Shown here: positions 57,775 to 64,000 of the stretch, one piece after another
Numbering within the stretch: the first letter of the stretch is position 1
How the letters are laid out: every line of letters begins with the position of its first letter
Origin: Dehalococcoidia bacterium
Lineage (GTDB): Bacteria > Chloroflexota > Dehalococcoidia > GIF9 > AB-539-J10
Direction: 5' to 3'
Length of the DNA: 64,000 nucleotides
Assembly (NCBI GenBank): GCA_003552465.1
Contig: PULQ01000060.1
Coordinates: 108 to 64,107, forward strand
Made by a program: the position numbers and the translations under genes
Notes under the pieces: model-generated
What the model saw: the letters and a program-made list of their open reading frames with translations, nothing else
Database searches by the model: none
Told to the model about the DNA's origin: nothing

Positions 57775-58382
57775 ATCTTCAGCACTCCTCTCCATCTCAG
57801 TAGCGCCAGCAGCAGGCCCAGCACGAGAAATCCACCCGGGGGGAGGATGAACATGGCCAGTGGGTGTTCACTGAGAACCGGCAAGGTGAAGATGGAAAAG
57901 CCGAACACCGACATCTCTCCCGTCCCCAGCAACTGTCTTACGAACGAGATCATGACCAGGGCTATCATGAAGCCTACCGTCATGCCCAGGGCGTCGGCAA
58001 TGGAGCGGATCATGGGGTTCTTGGAGGCGAAAGCCTCAGCTCTGCCCAGTATCATGCAGTTAACCACCACCAGCGGAAGGTAGATGCCCAGGGTCCGGTG
58101 CAGGTCGGGCAGGAACGCATTGAAGAGGAGATTCACCACGGTGACAAGCGTCGCGATTATGACGATGAATATCGGAATCCTCGTTATGCTGGGGACGAAG
58201 CCCCTGATGGCTGCGATTATTATGTTTGCGCCCAGGAGTACGATGAATGTTGCCAGGGTCATGCCCAATGCGTTGTCGATTGAGGTGCTGACTGCCAGGG
58301 CCGGGCATAGACCGAGGAGCAGGACAAAGACCGGGTTGGTTGTGATCAGCCCCTTTACGAACTCTTTCCTGGAGTCACTCAC
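57771..58382 (-). CDS. rnfE: Rnf complex subunit E
   Basis: NPVFVLLLGLCPALAV, VVNCMILGRAE, LPPGGF. Confidence 0.95.
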   Translation of the reverse strand: MSDSRKEFVKGLITTNPVFVLLLGLCPALAVSTSIDNALGMTLATFIVLLGANIIIAAIRGFVPSITRIPIFIVIIATLVTVVNLLFNAFLPDLHRTLGIYLPLVVVNCMILGRAEAFASKNPMIRSIADALGMTVGFMIALVMISFVRQLLGTGEMSVFGFSIFTLPVLSEHPLAMFILPPGGFLVLGLLLALLRWRGVLKI

Positions 58383-58397
58383 AACTCATTCTCCTTA

Positions 58398-58934
58398 CTA
58401 GTCACCTCGTATCAGGTCGATCTTCTCCCTGGCGGTGCTTCTCACAGCGTCGGCCACCGCTCTGGCACTAACGGTGGCGCCAGTTACGGCATCTATCCGG
58501 CCGCCGTCCCGAGTCAGTGCCACATCATCGATGTCAGCGGACGCGAACTGGTCGGTGAAAAGATCCTCCGCTATCTTGCTCCCCAACCCCGGTGTCTCGG
58601 TGTGAGAGATGATCGTTATGCCCTTCACCGTCGCCTCATCCTCAAGTCCCACGAGAATATTTACATCACCCCCGTATCCCCTGCCGACGGCTATGAAGGC
58701 ATAGCCGATAGCGTCCTCATCCTTGTATATCGTGTATATCTCCTCCTCGAGACTGTAGCGCGTCATGTCGGGAAACATGTCGGAGAGCATGCCCAGTATT
58801 CGCTCCCTCTCCATGGCCTCGATCCTGGGCAGGGTGATGCCTCCCACCGCGGTGAGCAGGCTAACACATATGGCCACCACTACTGTTAGCAGGATGACAG
58901 GGAAGGCCTTTTTCAGAGCGTCTCTAACCTGCAT
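58398..58934 (-). CDS. rnfG: Rnf complex subunit G
   Basis: GYGG, ETPGLG, FMN site DAVTGATVS. Confidence 0.93.
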   Translation of the reverse strand: MQVRDALKKAFPVILLTVVVAICVSLLTAVGGITLPRIEAMERERILGMLSDMFPDMTRYSLEEEIYTIYKDEDAIGYAFIAVGRGYGGDVNILVGLEDEATVKGITIISHTETPGLGSKIAEDLFTDQFASADIDDVALTRDGGRIDAVTGATVSARAVADAVRSTAREKIDLIRGD

Positions 58935-59877
58935 CTTTAGCCCTCTTTACGAGCCCGTATGGCTTCTCGCCGGTATATCTGTCGATCAGCGGAGTGAAGG
59001 CATTCATGATAAGGATGGAGTAGAGTACTCCCTCGGGCATACCGCCGAACTGCCGTATCAGCACGGTCAGTACTCCAAGAGAGATCCCGAAGATGATCTT
59101 CCCGCGATTGGTAAGAGGAGATGTTACATAATCGGTTGCCATGAAGAAGGCGCAGATCATAAGTCCGCCGGCCAGAATGTGGAAGATCGGATCCTGGCCG
59201 AGGGCCAGGGTGAATACGGCAACAACGCCGATATAGAAAACCGGAATCCTCCAATCGATCATTCGAAGTCCCAGCAGCAGGCAACCGCCGATCAAGAGAG
59301 CGAGGGCTGAGGTTTCCCCCAGCGAACCGGATGTGTTTCCCAGGAACATCGCCTGGTGTGCCGCCGGGTCGAACTGCTGCCATACAGAATCTCCGCTCAG
59401 CGGCGTGGCTGAGGTCAAACCGTCCAGACCCAATCCCCTAGGCGCTACCCATGTAGTCATGGGCAGCGGGAAGCTGACCGCCATGAAGGCCCGTGCTGCC
59501 AGTGCCGGGTTGAATATGTTATGTCCCAGTCCGCCGAAAGCCTCCTTGACGATGGCGATGGCGAACACGGCGCCCACAGCCACCATCCACAGGGGCACTG
59601 TCGGAGGCATGGTCAACCCGAGTAGCATCCCGGTAACCACAGCACTGCCGTCCATCACGAACGCGCGGCGGCGCATCTTCTTGCACAGGTACTCCGTGAG
59701 CAGGGATACCGCAACGCTTACGGCGAGTATGGCCAGGGCACGCAAGCCGAAGAAGTAGATCGCGGCTCCCGTGGGAAGCAAGAGGGCGAGCACAACGAGG
59801 TACATAATCCTGCTTATTGATATGCCCCGCCACAGGTGGGGGCTTGGTGAGACCAGGAATGCCCTCTGGAGCTTCAT
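58924..59877 (-). CDS. rnfD: Rnf complex subunit D
   Basis: SPH, FGGLGHNIFNPAL, FMN site TSATPL, GSLGE, MATD. Confidence 0.95.
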   Translation of the reverse strand: MKLQRAFLVSPSPHLWRGISISRIMYLVVLALLLPTGAAIYFFGLRALAILAVSVAVSLLTEYLCKKMRRRAFVMDGSAVVTGMLLGLTMPPTVPLWMVAVGAVFAIAIVKEAFGGLGHNIFNPALAARAFMAVSFPLPMTTWVAPRGLGLDGLTSATPLSGDSVWQQFDPAAHQAMFLGNTSGSLGETSALALLIGGCLLLGLRMIDWRIPVFYIGVVAVFTLALGQDPIFHILAGGLMICAFFMATDYVTSPLTNRGKIIFGISLGVLTVLIRQFGGMPEGVLYSILIMNAFTPLIDRYTGEKPYGLVKRAKDAG

Positions 59878-61211
59878 TTCCTGGGTGCCCTCCTGGCAAG
59901 CTCTCTTTTCGCCACTTTTATGTGCTGCACGATAGGTATGTTCGCAGGGCAGGCGTATGTGCAGACGCCACACTCAAAGCAGTTGTCGACGTAAGCCTCT
60001 TTGCACAGGTCGTAATGGCCCGCCTGGGCATACCTGGCCAGCGCAGTCGGCATGAGCCGCATGGGGCAGACCTCTATGCACCTCCCGCATCTTATGCATT
60101 GCTGCTCTGCCAGTGCGCTGTCATCTTTCACAATCACACTATTCGTTCCCTTCACCGTAGGGAAGTCAAGGTCAAACTGAGCGAAGCCCATCATCGGCCC
60201 CCCTAGTATGACCTTGTTGGCGCTGCCCACAATTCCGCCGCAGAACTCTATAAGGGTTCTCAGCGGAGTGCCGAATCTGACCATAAGGTTCTTGGGGTCC
60301 TTGACTGCGCCCGTTACGGTCACCACCCGTTCGATAAGGGGCCTGCCCTCGACCACGGCTTCGTGGATCGCCTTCGTTGTGCCCACGTTGTGGATTACCG
60401 CGCCGACATCAAGAGGAAGCCCTCCGATGGGAACCTCTCGGTTCAGTAGCAGCTTGGTGAGAACCCTCTCGGCACCCATCGGGTACTTCGATTCCAGGGG
60501 GACTATCTTGATGGTCTCTTCAAGCCCCATGCCGATTATCAGATCCTCCATATGCGCTATGGCATCTTCCTTGTTGTCCTCGATGGCGATATAGACAGAC
60601 TGCGGAGAAAGCAGTCTTCTTATTATGTTGAGTCCGGAGAGAACCCTATCTCCGTACTCCAGCATAACCCTGTGGTCTGACGTGGCATAGGGCTCGCACT
60701 CGCAACCGTTCAGGATGATCGTGTCGATAGTGGCTTTCTTGGGTGGCGCCAGTTTTATGTGCGATGGAAAAGCGGCTCCCCCCAGACCGACGATGCCTGC
60801 CTGCCTGATCCTGTCCAGAATCTCCTCTGCCGATAGATCCTCGGGCCTGTCGGCAGGCTCGAGCTGGACCCATTCATCGGTCCCGTCGGAGCCTATGACC
60901 AGGGCCTCTACCGGTTGTGCGGTCGGAGGGTTGATCACCATCGTGGTGCCCGTGACCTCGCCGGATAGAGTGGCGTGCACAGGTGCACTGACGAACTTGT
61001 CCGAATCTCCTATCCTCTGGCCGGTCAGTACCCTGTCTCCTCTTCTGACCAGAGCTTCACCCGGGGCCCCGAGGTTCTGATGAAGCGAGATGACGGCCTT
61101 CTCCGGCAACGGTGCCCTCTCGATCGGCCTGCCAGCCGTGAGCTTCCGCTCTGGCACCTTTACACCGTGGGGGGAACTCTTCTTCTTGAGGATAACTCCT
61201 GACTTGTTCAT
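59874..61211 (-). CDS. rnfC: Rnf complex subunit C
   Basis: GLGGAAFP, NGCECEPY, GGPMMG, CIRCGRC, CFECGVC. Confidence 0.95.
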   Translation of the reverse strand: MNKSGVILKKKSSPHGVKVPERKLTAGRPIERAPLPEKAVISLHQNLGAPGEALVRRGDRVLTGQRIGDSDKFVSAPVHATLSGEVTGTTMVINPPTAQPVEALVIGSDGTDEWVQLEPADRPEDLSAEEILDRIRQAGIVGLGGAAFPSHIKLAPPKKATIDTIILNGCECEPYATSDHRVMLEYGDRVLSGLNIIRRLLSPQSVYIAIEDNKEDAIAHMEDLIIGMGLEETIKIVPLESKYPMGAERVLTKLLLNREVPIGGLPLDVGAVIHNVGTTKAIHEAVVEGRPLIERVVTVTGAVKDPKNLMVRFGTPLRTLIEFCGGIVGSANKVILGGPMMGFAQFDLDFPTVKGTNSVIVKDDSALAEQQCIRCGRCIEVCPMRLMPTALARYAQAGHYDLCKEAYVDNCFECGVCTYACPANIPIVQHIKVAKRELARRAPRK

Positions 61212-61638
61212 TCGAGGTTCCGGTCTAGTGTGCTGCTGGCGCGCCGTCTCGAGCAGGCTACTGGTCAACCTGAGAACGCGGTACTTATTGCGAGGTCTTC
61301 AGTTCTTATGAAGCGAATCCCGTCCAGATCTGGCCAGCGTGATTCTGCAGCACCGTGTTCCCGTGATTATAGCATGCAGGCATGATTATATATTGGTATG
61401 CACCTGCGGTGTCAAGGTTCGCGGGGTTAGCTGCCCTTCCTGGTGTATTCGGAGCACCACGTGGCATTGGGGCGCTCACGACTATGGCAGGCGGTTCTCC
61501 AGTTCCACTTGCAGCTATCGCAGAGGAAGACGTTCATCCCGAGGGCTCTTCTTATCCTCAGTCTGAACCTGTCCGCCCAGCTCGGATTACTTCGTCTGGT
61601 CAATTGTCTCAGTGCTTCAGTCAGGACTTGAGTTCTTG

Positions 61639-62904
61639 TTAGATGTCCTTAGATAGAGTGGCCAGGAAGTCGGCGTTGTTCTTCGTCTTGGCCAGTCTCT
61701 CGAGTATCCTCTGCGTGGCCTCGCCGTGATTCGGCGAATCGCTGCTTATCATACTGATGACGCGGCGGAGTAGCCACACCTGCTTGAGTGTATTCTCGTC
61801 GAGGAGAAGCTCTTCCCTTCTTGTACTACTGGGCATGATATCTATTGCCGGGAAGATCCGTCGCTCGGCCAGTCTTCTGTCCAGGTGGAGCTCCATGTTG
61901 CCGGTACCCTTGAACTCCTCGTATATCAGGTCGTCCATGCGGCTGCCGGTGTCCACGAGGCAGGTGGCAATGATGGTTATGCTTCCACCTTCGTCGGTGT
62001 TGCGGGCGGTGCCGAAGAAGCGCTTGGGAAGGTGCAGTGCCGTCGAATCGATTCCACCGGATAGAGTCCGTCCGCTCGGAGGCAGGGCCAGGTTGTAGGC
62101 CCTGGTAAGCCTGGTGATGCCGTCCAGCAGTATCACCACGTCCTTGCCCATCTCCAGTAGCCTCTTCGCCCTCTCAAGTGCCAGTTCCGCGACCCGTGTC
62201 TGGCTTTCCACCGGCTCATCGAAGGTAGCGGCGACGACCTCGGCGTCAACCGACTTCTTCATGTCGGTTACCTCTTCAGGCCTTTCTCCTATAAGGCAGA
62301 CCATGAGATGGATGTCACTGTAATTGGTGCTGATGGCATTGGCTATTCTCTGCAGAAGCACCGTCTTTCCTGCCTTGGGTGGTGATACGATGAGCCCCCT
62401 CTGGCCGCGGCCTATTGGCGTCACCAGGTTGATGAGACGGGTCGACAGCTCGTTCTGCGTCGTCTCCAGGTTGATTATACTGTTGGGAAATGTAGGTGTC
62501 AGCGAGCCGAAGTTGCGACGCGTTCTGGCCAGTTCAGGATCCAGTCCGTTGATGCTCTCCACTCGCAGCAGACCGTAGTACTTCTCGCTTTCCTTAGGAG
62601 GTCGGGCCTGGCCATATACTGCGTCGCCATCTCTCAGGTTGAAGCGGCGGATCTGGGAGTTCGATACATAGACATCGTTGGCGCCCCGCCGGAATGTGTC
62701 CTGTCGGAGGAAACCGTAGCCCTCGCTGATGATCTCCAGGACGCCTGACACGAACACGTTCCCCTGTTCTTGCGCCTCTACCTGCAGAATACGCTGGACC
62801 AGATCTGCCTTCTTCATGGCAGAACATCCGGCGATGCCGGATTCCCTGGCCATCGCCTCCAGTTCGTCACGGGTCTTGCTCTCTAGTTTGGCCATAGTTG
62901 ACAT
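61639..62904 (-). CDS. rho: Transcription termination factor Rho
   Basis: [34 protein letters not shown]. Confidence 0.97.
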   Translation of the reverse strand: MSTMAKLESKTRDELEAMARESGIAGCSAMKKADLVQRILQVEAQEQGNVFVSGVLEIISEGYGFLRQDTFRRGANDVYVSNSQIRRFNLRDGDAVYGQARPPKESEKYYGLLRVESINGLDPELARTRRNFGSLTPTFPNSIINLETTQNELSTRLINLVTPIGRGQRGLIVSPPKAGKTVLLQRIANAISTNYSDIHLMVCLIGERPEEVTDMKKSVDAEVVAATFDEPVESQTRVAELALERAKRLLEMGKDVVILLDGITRLTRAYNLALPPSGRTLSGGIDSTALHLPKRFFGTARNTDEGGSITIIATCLVDTGSRMDDLIYEEFKGTGNMELHLDRRLAERRIFPAIDIMPSSTRREELLLDENTLKQVWLLRRVISMISSDSPNHGEATQRILERLAKTKNNADFLATLSKDI

Positions 62905-62964
62905 AGTAACCTCTCTAACTGCTTTTGGTCTGTGCAATGCCATTGACGGTGAGTATGGGGTTGT

Positions 62965-63627
62965 CTATAGCAGTCCCTCTCTCGCCATCACCCTCCTCCA
63001 ATCATCTCTGAAGCGCTCAATGCCGCTATCGGTCAAAGGGTGCTTCATCATTGCCAGTAATACCTCATAGGGGACTGTCGCGATGTGAGCACCGATCCTC
63101 GCTGCCATCAGGCAGTGCTGAGGATGCCTTATGCTGGCGGCGATGACCTGAGTGCGTGATTCGCTGGAATCGAGATACTCGACAATATCCGCGACCACCT
63201 CCATGCCGTCCTCACCGATGTCGTCCAGTCTGCCGACAAACGGGCTTATGAAGGCGGCTCCTGCTGCTGCACCGAGCACGGCCTGGTTCAGAGTAAAGCA
63301 CAAAGTGAAGTTCACCTTTATGTTCTCGCCGGACAGCACCGATGTAGCTTCCAATCCTTCAAGAGTGGCCGGAATCTTGATCACGATGTTCTCTGCCCAC
63401 TTGGCCATATCTCTGGCCTCGGCTACCATTCCCTCCCCATCCTGGCTCAGCACTTCTGTGGACACCGGGCCGGGCACCATTGAGCATATCTCCTTGACCA
63501 GTTTCTGGTAGTCAACCTTGCCCTCTCGCGATAGTATGGTCGGATTCGTTGTTACTCCTGCCACAACTCCCATTCGAACGCCGTGGCGGATGTGCTCTAT
63601 GTTGGCAGTATCTAGAAATATCTTCAT
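62965..63627 (-). CDS. tal: Transaldolase / fructose-6-phosphate aldolase family
   Basis: FLDTAN, GVTTNPT, IKIP, SPFVGRLDD, AASIR. Confidence 0.93.
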   Translation of the reverse strand: MKIFLDTANIEHIRHGVRMGVVAGVTTNPTILSREGKVDYQKLVKEICSMVPGPVSTEVLSQDGEGMVAEARDMAKWAENIVIKIPATLEGLEATSVLSGENIKVNFTLCFTLNQAVLGAAAGAAFISPFVGRLDDIGEDGMEVVADIVEYLDSSESRTQVIAASIRHPQHCLMAARIGAHIATVPYEVLLAMMKHPLTDSGIERFRDDWRRVMAREGLL

Positions 63628-63631
63628 ACTC

Positions 63632-64000
63632 TTAGTTCAGCGGCAGTATTGTCTGTGCCCCTTCAACCAGTGTCTCCTTTGCCGCCCCGAGGAATCCCAG
63701 GAACAGCGGATGGGGAGAGTCGGGTCGGGACTTGAACTCGGGGTGGAACTGGCAGGCCACCATCCATGGATGCTCGCGCAGTTCTGTGATCTCCACCAGT
63801 CGCCCGTCAGGAGATACTCCTGAGGCGACAAGGCCGGCCTCTTCCAGTGGAGGACGGAAGCGGTTGTTGAATTCGTAGCGATGGCGGTGCCTCTCGTAGG
63901 CTACGTCGCTTCCATAGCTTTCGGCTGCCCGTGTTCCTGATACCAGATGGCAGGGGTAGGTTCCCAGCCTCATGGTTCCCCCCTTCTGCTCAACCCCATG
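63632..64000 (-). CDS. pyrG: CTP synthase, C-terminal part (runs off the window)
   Basis: [23 protein letters not shown]. Confidence 0.95.
   Translation of the reverse strand, partial: HGVEQKGGTMRLGTYPCHLVSGTRAAESYGSDVAYERHRHRYEFNNRFRPPLEEAGLVASGVSPDGRLVEITELREHPWMVACQFHPEFKSRPDSPHPLFLGFLGAAKETLVEGAQTILPLN

Overview
This is a GC-rich bacterial chromosome segment, most likely Chloroflexota (class Dehalococcoidia), judged from gene order and protein style; that assignment is an inference. Bases 1-7.7 kb are an accessory island: four tandem paralogous surface-anchored internalin-like LRR genes, each with its own promoter, interspersed with a decayed ISL3 element, gene remnants and short palindromic REP-like repeats. 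The rest is mostly housekeeping: alaS-ruvX-aroE-sppA-aroC, an ABC-2 pair, an aroK-aroB fusion, hicBA, aspS-tig-clpP, mgtE-pepP-efp, an OmpR-family two-component system, ftsH, rsfS, thiL-tsaE-tsaB-(hotdog/HAD fusion)-ndk, rpsF-ssb-rpsR-rpmH-rnpA-yidD-(PQQ-repeat lipoprotein)-yidC-jag-ileS, htrA, nudix, nadK, HNH, holB-ricT, moxR/DUF58/transglutaminase, rnfCDGEAB, rho, transaldolase and partial pyrG. The most notable observations are: (1) the LRR array, whose 66-bp modules have a DNA-homogenised scaffold, hypervariable binding-face codons and tracts shared between paralogs, a candidate recombination-diversified receptor family; (2) a variant fluoride-riboswitch-like aptamer with terminator and uORF ahead of mgtE; (3) REP-like elements inserted in frame in aroB and possibly aroC; (4) an EF-P with a non-canonical KMQQRQP loop; (5) a BamB-like lipoprotein embedded in the yidC operon. 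No tRNA, rRNA or CRISPR array was recognised. All calls come from reading the sequence; no database searches were run.
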